IMG/VR virus record: IMGVR_UViG_3300047539_000055
DNA: 64,000 nucleotides
DNA from: a virus
Lineage: Duplodnaviria > Caudoviricetes
Reading direction: 5' to 3' (one strand)
The translations under genes were made by a program, and so were the position numbers. The stretch's first letter is position 1, and each line of letters begins with the position of its first letter. Below are positions 25,794 through 35,245 of the stretch, piece by piece. The notes below the pieces were generated by a model. The model did no database searches. It was not told the origin of the DNA and was given only the letters and a program-made list of their open reading frames with translations.

Positions 25794-26969
25794 ATGAATT
25801 TCTCATTGAAAACTGCGGTGTTTTTTCTTGCCGCTTTTGTATTAACTTGTCCTACTTCTGCATTTGCTTGGCCTACTTGCTCTGGTAATTGGGTTCAGGT
25901 TCCTACAGGAACTACGGGTACAGGTGCTTCTGGTACTGGTTATGGTGCCGTTGAAGTTGAAAGCGGTCAAACATGGCAATGTACCGCCATAACTACTCCA
26001 ACAACGGGTGGCGGTACAAATAACAATACTTCTACTTCTACTTCAAGTGCAAACGGCGGCAATTCTTCTTCCAGTGCTAATGGTGGAAATTCATCTGCAA
26101 CTGGTGGAACAGCCAATGGCGGTGCTGGTGGTAAGGGTGGTGCTGGTGGTTCAGCGACAGGTGGTACGGGCACTGGTGGTTCAGCTACAGGTGGAACAGC
26201 CAATGGTACAAACACGCTCAACGGCGGTGCAACAACATCTTCGGCCAATGGAACAAACACCCTCAATGCTGGTTCAACAACAGCTACCGGTGGAACGGCC
26301 AATGGTGGAACAACTACATCCAGTGGTGGTAATTCTAAAAATGCTAACAAGAATACCAACACTGCCGCTGGTGGTACAGGTGGTACTGGCGGAACTTCAA
26401 CAGTAACTTCTGCAAATACAAACGCTAACACAGCGAATGGTGGTGCAGGTGGTACTGCAAACCAAAGCCAACAACAGTCAAACAATAGTACTGGCAATAG
26501 CACATCATTGAATTCAACTTATAATGAAGTTCGTCAAACTCCGTTGGCATATGCACCAGATGCTATTCCAACTGCTCCATGTATCAAGAGTTATGGTGCG
26601 GGTGCTTCTGGCCCAATGTTTGGTGCTTCATTCGGCGGCGGTAAGATTGATAAAGGTTGCGATGCTCGTGAAACTGCGCGTTCATTTGCTCTCTTGCATA
26701 ATTTTACAGCAGCGGCAAAAATTCTTTGTCAGACAGATGCGGCAAAACGCGCTGGCTTAACTTTGGATGATTGCTTGGCAATTATCACTCCAGTAGTTCC
26801 AGTGACTATTAGAGAAGTTCCAGCAGTGACACCAACTCCGGTGGCATCAGTAACACCAGTAACAGTAGAAACTCCTGCTCCTACTCCTGCTCCGCAGATT
26901 GTAGACGCACCAGTAACTCCTGTGACTCCTGTGAAGTCTGTCTATCCAGAAAAAAAGATTAGTCAATAA
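25794..26969 (+). CDS. secreted Gly/Thr/Asn-rich low-complexity protein
   Basis: AAGGA RBS before ATG 25794, signal peptide, GGTANGG repeats, Cys-containing C-domain, Pro/Thr tail. Confidence 0.7.
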   Translation: MNFSLKTAVFFLAAFVLTCPTSAFAWPTCSGNWVQVPTGTTGTGASGTGYGAVEVESGQTWQCTAITTPTTGGGTNNNTSTSTSSANGGNSSSSANGGNSSATGGTANGGAGGKGGAGGSATGGTGTGGSATGGTANGTNTLNGGATTSSANGTNTLNAGSTTATGGTANGGTTTSSGGNSKNANKNTNTAAGGTGGTGGTSTVTSANTNANTANGGAGGTANQSQQQSNNSTGNSTSLNSTYNEVRQTPLAYAPDAIPTAPCIKSYGAGASGPMFGASFGGGKIDKGCDARETARSFALLHNFTAAAKILCQTDAAKRAGLTLDDCLAIITPVVPVTIREVPAVTPTPVASVTPVTVETPAPTPAPQIVDAPVTPVTPVKSVYPEKKISQ

Positions 26970-27316
26970 TGGTTGCACTAATTATACTCTCGTCGGCGCT
27001 AATTTGCTTTCAAGGCCAATGCCATCATGCATTGGTCGGAAGCGACACGCCGACAGGAGTTTTTTCAGTTGTTCATATGCTTACTGATCAACCTGGTTAT
27101 GGTGGTGATGTTTTAGTTTTCGCACAAACAAAAACAACTGTATTCGCAATTCATCGTGTGTGGCTTCGTATTCCAACACAACACCGAGCGGAAAGACTCG
27201 CAAGCGATGATCCTATAGAAAGAAAAACTGTAACAAGAGGCTGTATAAATGTTGCTCCTGATATATATGATGAATTGCAAGACCTAACGACGGTGGAAAT
27301 ACGGCAAGACCCATAA
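26969..27316 (+). CDS. L,D-transpeptidase (YkuD)-like protein
   Basis: TPTG.F, FAIH...TRGCINV catalytic His/Cys pattern. Confidence 0.75.
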   Translation: MVALIILSSALICFQGQCHHALVGSDTPTGVFSVVHMLTDQPGYGGDVLVFAQTKTTVFAIHRVWLRIPTQHRAERLASDDPIERKTVTRGCINVAPDIYDELQDLTTVEIRQDP

Positions 27317-27516
27317 AACTGAGTTTCTAAAGTGTTGATTCTAAAGGGCAAAATTTCCGAATTTTGCCCTATTTGGCGTTATAAGGGGTCGGGTGGTATA
27401 ATGACATCATTTGACCTTGAAAGTCGCTTAAAACGTCAATCTGAGCCTCAAAATAAGTAATATTTTGGTTGACTTTTGAATAAATTCTTGCTATACAATA
27501 TTTGTAGTTGAGAGGA

Positions 27517-27840
27517 ATGAACGATATGACATTTCGTGAAGATACCGAAGCATTGGCGTCTATGATCATTAGAACAAAGGATTTACTCAATTTTTGGGTT
27601 AAGAACAGTGATGCTGATGGTATATGGAATAATGATTCAAAGGCTCAATTTGACACTCTTATGAATGCGTTTATGGTTGATGCTCTGTCATATCATATTG
27701 ATCTGGCTAGCCTAATTATGCATGATGCTGTTTCCGTTGCGCATTTGGAACGTGCTACCGATTTTACAAAGTTGGCAGTTTGGCCAAGAATGATTGACGA
27801 ATTGTATCCTTATTTGAAGGATGCCCAAGTAAGTTACTGA
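27517..27840 (+). CDS. hypothetical protein
   Basis: GAGG RBS after promoter at 27469. Confidence 0.55.
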   Translation: MNDMTFREDTEALASMIIRTKDLLNFWVKNSDADGIWNNDSKAQFDTLMNAFMVDALSYHIDLASLIMHDAVSVAHLERATDFTKLAVWPRMIDELYPYLKDAQVSY

Positions 27841-27946
27841 AAACAAAGGACAAAATAATTGAGATTTTGGTTGACAAACACGCCCAACTTTGGTATTCTA
27901 TATATGTTGGTAGGGAATACCAAACACTTTCAAGGAGAAATCACAG

Positions 27947-29059
27947 ATGGCTACAGTAACCATTATCAAGGGTTTTGGACGTGGTGGAAAGCTGATCAAG
28001 AATCAGACTTTTACCTTGCTCAAGGGTTTTGCTGTTGGCGGTAGGAGCGGTAAGGGGTTTATTACCGTTGATGGCACAAAGTTGTATGGATGCCCTTCCG
28101 CTCGTATCAAGGTCAAGTCCGAAAAGGATTTTGTCATCAATGGCGAATTGCCTGTAGGTAAGTCAAAGCCTCTTTCTGCCCGTCGCATTGCGGCTGACGC
28201 AAAGAAGGGTGAAGCAGTTTCCATGCTGGAAGACTCTTCCATTCCTGATGTTGAATCAAATGAAACAGATGAAGAAATTACCACACGAATCAGGAAGCGT
28301 TTTAGCACTCTGAATAAGTTGACAATGGGTGTTAGACGCGGTGATATTACATCTCTTTTTGTTACTGGTGCGCCAGGTGTTGGAAAAACTTATGGCGTCG
28401 AAGCAACTTTGAATGAGGCTGGTTTTCTTGCTGCTCTTGAAGATAACCCAAAGCGTTATGAAGTTGTTTCTGGTGCAATGACTCCCATTGGCCTTTATAT
28501 GAAGTTGTTTGAATATTGTGGGCCAAATGATGTTCTTGTGCTGGACGATTGCGATATGGTTTTCGCTGATGAAACTGCACTCAACATTCTCAAGGCTGCA
28601 TTGGACACTTCTAAGGTTCGCAAGATTTATTGGAATGTGGCTTCCAATGTTTTGAACAAGGCAGACGTTCCAAATTATTTTGTATTTGAAGGTTGTGTAA
28701 TCTTCATTTCAAATATCAACTTTCGCAAGGTTCGCAGTGAGCGTCTTCGTGGTCATTTGTCTGCTTTGATGTCTCGTTCACACTTCCTTGATTTGACTGT
28801 CCATACCTTCCGTGAGAAAATGCTTCGCATTGAAGATTTGGTTACGAATCACGATATGCTTGATCAGTTTGGTTTGAAGAAGTCCACTTGTAATGCGATG
28901 ATGGGATTTCTTCGCGAGAATGCCAAGGAGTTCAATGAACTTTCTTTGCGCTCTGTTATCAAGTTGGCTGGTCTTGCTAAGACTTGCGATGAAATCACAG
29001 AAGAATGGGAAGAAATCGCTCGTGAATCGTTGATGGGTAATCCACTGTCTTACGAATAA
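27947..29059 (+). CDS. AAA+/P-loop ATPase
   Basis: GAPGVGKT Walker A, VLVLDDCD Walker B, IFISN; AAGGAG RBS; promoter at 27871. Confidence 0.85.
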   Translation: MATVTIIKGFGRGGKLIKNQTFTLLKGFAVGGRSGKGFITVDGTKLYGCPSARIKVKSEKDFVINGELPVGKSKPLSARRIAADAKKGEAVSMLEDSSIPDVESNETDEEITTRIRKRFSTLNKLTMGVRRGDITSLFVTGAPGVGKTYGVEATLNEAGFLAALEDNPKRYEVVSGAMTPIGLYMKLFEYCGPNDVLVLDDCDMVFADETALNILKAALDTSKVRKIYWNVASNVLNKADVPNYFVFEGCVIFISNINFRKVRSERLRGHLSALMSRSHFLDLTVHTFREKMLRIEDLVTNHDMLDQFGLKKSTCNAMMGFLRENAKEFNELSLRSVIKLAGLAKTCDEITEEWEEIARESLMGNPLSYE

Positions 29060-29070
29060 TCTAAACACTT

Positions 29071-29095
29071 GGGTCAGTCGAGAGACTGACCCTTT
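29071..29095 (+). terminator. rho-independent terminator overlapping the endonuclease stop
   Basis: gggtcagtc-gaga-gactgacccttt. Confidence 0.75.
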
Positions 29096-29766
29096 CTTTC
29101 CTTCAAAGTGTCTTTTTGCTTTTGAATAGATTCTAAAGTTCGTTTTCTACCTCTATTTGCATCACCAATTTTCTTTTTACATTCTGCCGATCTTTCACAC
29201 AGTCCATTTTTCTTTCTAGTAGCAATTACTTTTTCTATTACATCTTTTGTCATAACATTCATTGTTCCATTTTTGCGCTTTGTTTCTAGTTGCTTGGAAA
29301 TTGTATTTTCGGATACAATATCTTTTCCGTTTTTGCGTCTTGTTTTCCAAGCCTGTTTTCGATTTTCAGGGGTATTCGGATTTATAATTCCTTTTGCTTT
29401 TTTCGTAGCGACACCCTTTGCTAAAGATTCGGGTGTCTGAGATAATAGTAAGAAACTTTTATTTCCGTTTGATTTATTGAACCAATCATTTCGTTGTGCC
29501 GCCCCAATTTTACACAATATTTTAGTTTCTAAATTTCTTGTTTGTTCAACAGTTTTACAAATAAGACGAATTTCCCAAGCAAACCACGAAACGCCATATT
29601 TATCTACTAGTTCATTTATTTCTTTGCTTGAAGTGAAATATTTATTTCCCAGATCAGAAGGATGACAATTTTTAGCGTAACGCGAACCATAATATCTTTT
29701 TCCGGTTGATTTTTCTGTAACAAGATATGTGAATGGTGTGCGATCTATGGCAGAATAAATAGGCAT
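29074..29766 (-). CDS. free-standing Seg-like GIY-YIG homing endonuclease
   Basis: FTYLV...GKRYYGSR...YFTSS, E..IL, WFNKS; TKRKNG repeats plus NUMOD3-like end; start MPIYS at 29766 after GGAG. Confidence 0.78.
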   Translation of the reverse strand: MPIYSAIDRTPFTYLVTEKSTGKRYYGSRYAKNCHPSDLGNKYFTSSKEINELVDKYGVSWFAWEIRLICKTVEQTRNLETKILCKIGAAQRNDWFNKSNGNKSFLLLSQTPESLAKGVATKKAKGIINPNTPENRKQAWKTRRKNGKDIVSENTISKQLETKRKNGTMNVMTKDVIEKVIATRKKNGLCERSAECKKKIGDANRGRKRTLESIQKQKDTLKERKGQSLD

Positions 29767-29830
29767 GGCTGGTGCTCCATAAAGCATTAGAATTGGTGGG
29801 ACTCGTTATCCGCGACCAATAGTATTTATC
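29754..29830 (+). ncRNA. candidate two-hairpin antisense RNA element, copy 3
   Basis: AATAAATA - CUGGUGCU/AGCAUUAG stem with loop CCAUAA - AUUGGU/ACCAAU stem with inner GGA/UCC - TATTTATC. Confidence 0.7.
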
Positions 29831-29835
29831 AAAAA

Positions 29836-30222
29836 TTACGGCATTTTTTTCACAACTGTTATACTTCTTCGCTTTTTCTTTTGATTTAGTGCTGATAGAG
29901 AAACACATGGCCCATGCACGATTTGAAGTTCTTTAGAAATAAATGTCTTGAAAATTTTTTCAAAAACCTTCCATTCATCTTTCAAATAAATATTGATCGG
30001 CAGTTGTCGATTTGATTCGTAGTACCATTTTTCTCCGAGTGTCAAAAATAGCTTTTTCTCTTCATCAGTCTTCAAAAGACTAAAATCATAGACGCTGGTT
30101 ATAATGCTATCTGCATTTTGAATAATGCCTACATATTCATCCTGCGAATCTCCATAAGTTATAATACTTAAAAAAGGAAAAGATTGGTTTAGTTTCTCGT
30201 ATAAGTTGTTTGGCATGATCAC
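29836..30222 (-). CDS. conserved hypothetical phage protein
   Basis: FPFLS...YVGIIQN.D...WYYESNR.LPINIY; divergent late promoters at 30248-30288. Confidence 0.65.
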   Translation of the reverse strand: MIMPNNLYEKLNQSFPFLSIITYGDSQDEYVGIIQNADSIITSVYDFSLLKTDEEKKLFLTLGEKWYYESNRQLPINIYLKDEWKVFEKIFKTFISKELQIVHGPCVSLSALNQKKKRRSITVVKKMP

Positions 30223-30292
30223 CCATTGATTATTTGATTACGCATTCTATTTATAAGACTAAATACAATACAGTTGAGCAGATAAATACGGT

Positions 30293-31120
30293 ATGCAGCT
30301 AATCAGAACATATTTTGAGAATTTAGAGCCGAAAATCCGCGCACAAATCGTAGGATTTTCAAGCGCCAATGCTGGTATCGGGTTGATTGGCTACAATGAG
30401 GACCGAATCGTGTATAGCACACCACTTACCCTATATTCTGGAGTCAACAATCCTGTCAAGATTGTTTGTTTAAATTCTGATCAAAAATCTATTAATGTGG
30501 AAGCTGTTAGTATTCAAGTTGGATTATTTGTTCCCAATACCCAAAATGAATTACTTACTGCAAATGCCACAAATATTGATTCTGCCAACGGAGTAGTGCA
30601 AGTTACCTTCACTCCAAGTCAGTTGGCTCCGCTTGATTTTGGATTTTATGAAGTTGCATTGACGGCTACCGATGGAAATTTGAATGTCTTTCCAATTTAC
30701 ATTGATGACAATTATGGTTCTCGTTTGACTACAACTTTGATGAAAGGCCCAGTATTGGCATATCCAAACCCATATCCAGTTGTTTTTTCCGATGTGACAG
30801 ATGTGGGTGTAGTCAGTGATCCTATCAATCTTACCGGCCGTCCAATGAATAGCACCGTGGCAACATTGTGTGCCAATATTGTTTCATATACTGGTAATAT
30901 TGTTGCTCAAGGCACAACTGTTACGATTCCAACTCTGCATGATTGGGGAAATGTGAGTGCCACCTATTATGCAAATGCTGCTGGATTATATTTTCAATCG
31001 GTAACAGGGTCGTTTGCCTGGATTCGTTTTATTCTTGATTCCATTGATCCAACTGGAACTGGAAATCTCAGTCCATCCAATGTTGCAGCATTTATAAGCG
31101 GTGGAAATATAAGAATTTAA
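30293..31120 (+). CDS. putative virion structural protein (beta-rich)
   Basis: late promoter at 30281; beta-rich composition. Confidence 0.6.
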   Translation: MQLIRTYFENLEPKIRAQIVGFSSANAGIGLIGYNEDRIVYSTPLTLYSGVNNPVKIVCLNSDQKSINVEAVSIQVGLFVPNTQNELLTANATNIDSANGVVQVTFTPSQLAPLDFGFYEVALTATDGNLNVFPIYIDDNYGSRLTTTLMKGPVLAYPNPYPVVFSDVTDVGVVSDPINLTGRPMNSTVATLCANIVSYTGNIVAQGTTVTIPTLHDWGNVSATYYANAAGLYFQSVTGSFAWIRFILDSIDPTGTGNLSPSNVAAFISGGNIRI

Positions 31121-31141
31121 CAAACAAATCAAATTTTGGTT

Positions 31142-31179
31142 GGGCCGCATTTGACGCGGCCCTGTTTTTGTGCTATACT
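31142..31179 (+). terminator. terminator overlapping an early promoter
   Basis: gggccgc-atttgac-gcggccc-tgtttt; TTGACG..TATACT overlaps it. Confidence 0.65.
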
Positions 31180-31196
31180 ATTTCAAAGGATAAAAT

Positions 31197-31394
31197 ATGA
31201 AAGTATGGCAATCATCTTATGGAAATATAATTGGAATCCGAAGCGAATCACCAGAAGAAGAATGTATAATTGAAAATTTTGTATTTCTTAAAAAATTAGA
31301 AGGTGTACAGATTCATTTTGCCAGTAATCAAGAATTTATCCCGCCACAAACTCCTTGTCCTGATTGTGGATGGGATGGAAGGCATCACACTTAA
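31197..31394 (+). CDS. hypothetical protein
   Basis: AAGGA RBS, CxxC. Confidence 0.5.
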   Translation: MKVWQSSYGNIIGIRSESPEEECIIENFVFLKKLEGVQIHFASNQEFIPPQTPCPDCGWDGRHHT

Positions 31395-32416
31395 TGAACA
31401 TTATTATCCAAACCACATTAGATTATTGGAGACGCACAAGAACCAAAATTGCCCCATCTGGTTGGGAACATAGAAACTCGGTTTGTTGTCATCATAGAGG
31501 AGATACACCAGATAAAAGAGGACGGGGTGGAATTAAAACTGATGGCAGAAATATAAGTTACCATTGTTTTCAATGTGGATTTACTGCGAATTATACACCA
31601 GGAAAACCACTCTATCCAAAGTTTATCAATCTTTTAACTTGGCTCAACGTTGATGAAAAAACAATAAGCCACTTGAAGTTGGAAAGTTTCCGTATTTCAA
31701 AAGAGATTGATGTTGAATCAAGTGCAATAGTTCGTCGCGATATCAAAGAGGTTGATTTGCCAAATGGTTGCTCTTTGTTGGAATTGGAACATGAAAAAGA
31801 AACACATAAAGCACACATTGAATTTTTGAAAACACGCGGTTTTGAAGCAGAAGATTTTCCATTTTTAGTTTCACCAAACCTAACATATAGAACTCGTGTT
31901 ATATTGCCATTCATTTTACATAATACGATTGTTGGTTATTCTGCCAGATCAATTGTTCAGGCAGAAAAACTTCGCTACCTTATGAAAACGACAACGGATT
32001 TTGTTTTTGGATTGGATTGGGTAAAGCCAGAACATGAATGGGTATTTGTAACCGAAGGATTGTTTGATGCTCTGAGTGTAAAATGTTTGGCCGTTATGCA
32101 TAATGAAATTAGTGATGCTCAAACTGAAATGATTTGTGATCTTCAGAAAAAGGTAATCGTTGTTCCCGATCTTGATAGGGCTGGACTTGCAAATCAAAAC
32201 AATACACTAATCAACACCGCATTGGATAATGGTTGGTCGGTTTCCTTCCCACAATGGCCTGATAAGGATATCAATGCCGCATATGTAAAGTATGGTCAGT
32301 TGTTTGTAATCAAACATTTGTTGGATCAAGCCACAGATAGTACAACAACAATCAGAGTGAAACAAAAATTATTGTTGAATGAATTGAAATCAAGAAAAGA
32401 CCATAATTCATATTGA
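31394..32416 (+). CDS. DNA primase (T4 gp61-like)
   Basis: N-terminal Zn ribbon (CC..YHCFQCG), GYSAR, TOPRIM VTEGLFDA, VPDLD, KDIN. Confidence 0.88.
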   Translation: MNIIIQTTLDYWRRTRTKIAPSGWEHRNSVCCHHRGDTPDKRGRGGIKTDGRNISYHCFQCGFTANYTPGKPLYPKFINLLTWLNVDEKTISHLKLESFRISKEIDVESSAIVRRDIKEVDLPNGCSLLELEHEKETHKAHIEFLKTRGFEAEDFPFLVSPNLTYRTRVILPFILHNTIVGYSARSIVQAEKLRYLMKTTTDFVFGLDWVKPEHEWVFVTEGLFDALSVKCLAVMHNEISDAQTEMICDLQKKVIVVPDLDRAGLANQNNTLINTALDNGWSVSFPQWPDKDINAAYVKYGQLFVIKHLLDQATDSTTTIRVKQKLLLNELKSRKDHNSY

Positions 32417-32468
32417 CTATGCAATGTAATCAGCGATATACTTATATGGACTATAGAGGTAATATTTA

Positions 32469-33857
32469 ATGGCAATAGAAAAAAGCACACCCGAAGTGCA
32501 ACGACTGTATCTCGATTTCATTCTTAGTAGTGGCGATCTTTTCACTCGCGTCCAAAATATTTTTAACCCACAAAATTTTGATCGCAGTCTTCAAAAAGCG
32601 GCAAAATTTATTCAAGATCATGTACAGAAGTATAGTGTAATTCCAACAGTTCAACAAGTGAATGCCGTTGCTGGAACAGAATTACAACTAGTTTTAGAAG
32701 AGGTTCGCGCAGCAGGAAACAACGAGTGGTTTTTAGATGCATTTGAGACATTTACTAAACGAGAAGAACTTGAACGAGCAATTTTAAAGAGCGTTGAATT
32801 ACTTGACAAAGGAGATTTTGATCCTGTTGAAAAATTGATCAAAGATGCAGTACAAATTACGTTGACACGAGATTTGGGTATTGAATATTTTTATGATCCT
32901 CGCGGAAGACTTATGCGAATCAAAAATAACAATGGTCAAATCAGTACTGGTTGGAAAGATATTGATGAAAAATTATATGGTGGTTTCAATCGCGGTGAAT
33001 TGAATATTTTTTGCGGAAGTGCTGGAACTGGTAAAAGTACATTTTTGCAGAATCTTTCATTGAATTGGATGGAAGCTGGCCTCAATGGAATTTTTATTAC
33101 CTTTGAAATGGGTCAAGACCTTGTAGCAATGCGTATTGATAGCATGATTACTGGCTTTGGTAGTAGAGACATTTATAAGAATCTTGATGATGTTGAATTG
33201 AAAATCAAAATGGCCGGTAAGAAATGTGGCCGATTGAAAATCAAATATATGCCTTCACAGAGTACGGTGAATCAAATCAAGGCATATGTAAAAGAACTTG
33301 CAATTCAGGAAAATTTCATACCTGATTTTATTTGTTTGGATTATCTGGATTTGATTATGCCAAGTGGAGCTAAGGTTGATGTAAGCGATGTGTTCACAAA
33401 AGATAAGTTAGTATGCGAAGAGTTGCGTAATTACTCAATTGAACTACGAGTCTTGCTGGCATCTGCATCACAATTGAATCGTAGTGCCTTTGATGAAATT
33501 GAATTCACTGGTGGAAATATTGCTGGTGGGTTGAGCAAACTGAATACCGCAGACAACTTATTTGGTATCTTTACAAATCGTAGTATGAAAGAACGTGGAG
33601 TAATTCAATTACAATTTATGAAGACTCGTAATAGCGCTGGTGTTGGAGCAAAGGTTGATTTGGATTGGAATGTGAATTCATTACGCATTACAAATTCAAC
33701 TCAAATTAGCGATCCTTCTGTCATGACGGGCAGTAATATTTTGGCACATATCAAGAGCGGTAAAAATGCTAACGCAACAACTATTGTGAGCAATGTAACT
33801 GACAACAAGCAGGGCAGTCTTCAATCTTTATTGGCTTCTATCAAGAAGGATGCATAG
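32469..33857 (+). CDS. replicative DNA helicase (T4 gp41/DnaB-like)
   Basis: ISTGW..ID..LYGG, GSAGTGKS, LDYLD, SASQLNR, MKTRN. Confidence 0.92.
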   Translation: MAIEKSTPEVQRLYLDFILSSGDLFTRVQNIFNPQNFDRSLQKAAKFIQDHVQKYSVIPTVQQVNAVAGTELQLVLEEVRAAGNNEWFLDAFETFTKREELERAILKSVELLDKGDFDPVEKLIKDAVQITLTRDLGIEYFYDPRGRLMRIKNNNGQISTGWKDIDEKLYGGFNRGELNIFCGSAGTGKSTFLQNLSLNWMEAGLNGIFITFEMGQDLVAMRIDSMITGFGSRDIYKNLDDVELKIKMAGKKCGRLKIKYMPSQSTVNQIKAYVKELAIQENFIPDFICLDYLDLIMPSGAKVDVSDVFTKDKLVCEELRNYSIELRVLLASASQLNRSAFDEIEFTGGNIAGGLSKLNTADNLFGIFTNRSMKERGVIQLQFMKTRNSAGVGAKVDLDWNVNSLRITNSTQISDPSVMTGSNILAHIKSGKNANATTIVSNVTDNKQGSLQSLLASIKKDA

Positions 33858-33859
33858 AA

Positions 33860-34021
33860 ATGCATCATATGATGAATATGTTCTTATCAAGCATTGTTGG
33901 AATATGTTTTATAGTTTATGTATTTGGTGATTTTATGGTTTCTGTAATTAAGGACTGGCGACATACGCATCCATGGTTTCCAAACAAAAAGAAATGGGTT
34001 CTGAGAAAGTTTGAGGAATAA
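33860..34021 (+). CDS. small TM protein ending WVLRKFEE
   Basis: hand-translated 53-aa ORF; 3' 29 nt identical to the 3' end of the next gene. Confidence 0.55.
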   Translation: MHHMMNMFLSSIVGICFIVYVFGDFMVSVIKDWRHTHPWFPNKKKWVLRKFEE

Positions 34022-34022
34022 T

Positions 34023-34352
34023 ATGATATTCTCTTTGATTATCGGATGGTTACTTATAGGCTTTCTTGGTTTATATAATGCAATTGCCACTACTGGTAGT
34101 GCTACTGGTAATGAAGATAATAAAAAAGACTGGTGGAAAGATTTTACCGTAACTGATATTAAATACATGATACTATTCATATTATTGGGGCCGGCCGGAC
34201 TAATACTGGTCATTTGGGTTAATATAACAGAATGGCGAGAGTTTGAATGGCACTATGTTCCATTGCTAAGCACAGTAAAAGATATGTGGGGAACTTGGCG
34301 ACATAATCATCCAACAAAAGAAGAATGGGTTCTGAGAAAGTTTGAGGAATAA
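34023..34352 (+). CDS. membrane protein ending WVLRKFEE
   Basis: two TM helices. Confidence 0.6.
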   Translation: MIFSLIIGWLLIGFLGLYNAIATTGSATGNEDNKKDWWKDFTVTDIKYMILFILLGPAGLILVIWVNITEWREFEWHYVPLLSTVKDMWGTWRHNHPTKEEWVLRKFEE

Positions 34353-34353
34353 A

Positions 34354-34566
34354 ATGACAAAAAGTGCAGAACGATTTGAAAAAATTGAACATTTAGAACA
34401 AGCTTTGCGATCCATCGCATTGTTGGGTGGAAATCTCCATGATGATCGTTTGACTGGCAACACTGGGCCAAATGATGCGGCGGCTCGTGGCTTGATGTAT
34501 ACTGGTGCAAGAAAGATTGCGATGGATGCGCTTGGTATCAAAACCATAGAGGAACTTTGGAAATAA
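34354..34566 (+). CDS. hypothetical protein
   Basis: coupled ORF. Confidence 0.5.
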   Translation: MTKSAERFEKIEHLEQALRSIALLGGNLHDDRLTGNTGPNDAAARGLMYTGARKIAMDALGIKTIEELWK

Positions 34567-34567
34567 T

Positions 34568-34753
34568 ATGACAAAATTAAATTTTGAAATTTATGTGAAT
34601 GACTATCTATTAGAAACAGTACATGAACCAAGTGAAATGTTAGCAACTGATGAATGGGTAGCAAATTATTTGAACAAACATCCAGAAATTGACCGAGAAA
34701 CAGCCAAGGTATCAGTTAAGATTGTTAAATCTGATTGTAAAACCTGTTCTTGA
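34568..34753 (+). CDS. hypothetical protein
   Basis: coupled ORF. Confidence 0.45.
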   Translation: MTKLNFEIYVNDYLLETVHEPSEMLATDEWVANYLNKHPEIDRETAKVSVKIVKSDCKTCS

Positions 34754-34765
34754 ATAAATAGTAAT

Positions 34766-35179
34766 ATGGCACTCAGTCTAGCATCTAAATTTGGTATCGC
34801 CGCAAGCATTACAAGTATTCTTGCTGTGGCTGGTACTGGGATTACTTGGGATATAAATGAACATCTTACTCTTGAAAAACGATTTGAGGCTATTCAACAA
34901 AATCAACAAAGTACCAATGCAGCCGTAAGAGTCATTGCATCCGAATTGACATCACAAAAACAAGACCTTATTGAACGATTGTTAACGGCGCAAAAACAAG
35001 AATTGAAAGAGGATGCGTCTTTACATCGTCAACTAAAAGAAAAAGATCAAGAGATACTTGCCGCAGAGAAAATGAATGGTACAGGTTTTAGTTTTGGACA
35101 CTACGCACAACAATATGCAGCCGATGCACCCGCCATTCCAGCCCAAAAAGGTAAAACAGTTCCTCCCGTAATTTACTAA
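34766..35179 (+). CDS. membrane-anchored coiled-coil protein (late)
   Basis: late promoter at 34753; N-terminal hydrophobic helix plus coiled coil. Confidence 0.55.
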   Translation: MALSLASKFGIAASITSILAVAGTGITWDINEHLTLEKRFEAIQQNQQSTNAAVRVIASELTSQKQDLIERLLTAQKQELKEDASLHRQLKEKDQEILAAEKMNGTGFSFGHYAQQYAADAPAIPAQKGKTVPPVIY

Positions 35180-35245
35180 ATCATTTATTTTCAATAACAT
35201 AATTTAGTTGACACCAAACCATAATTTATGGTATACTATAAGTGT

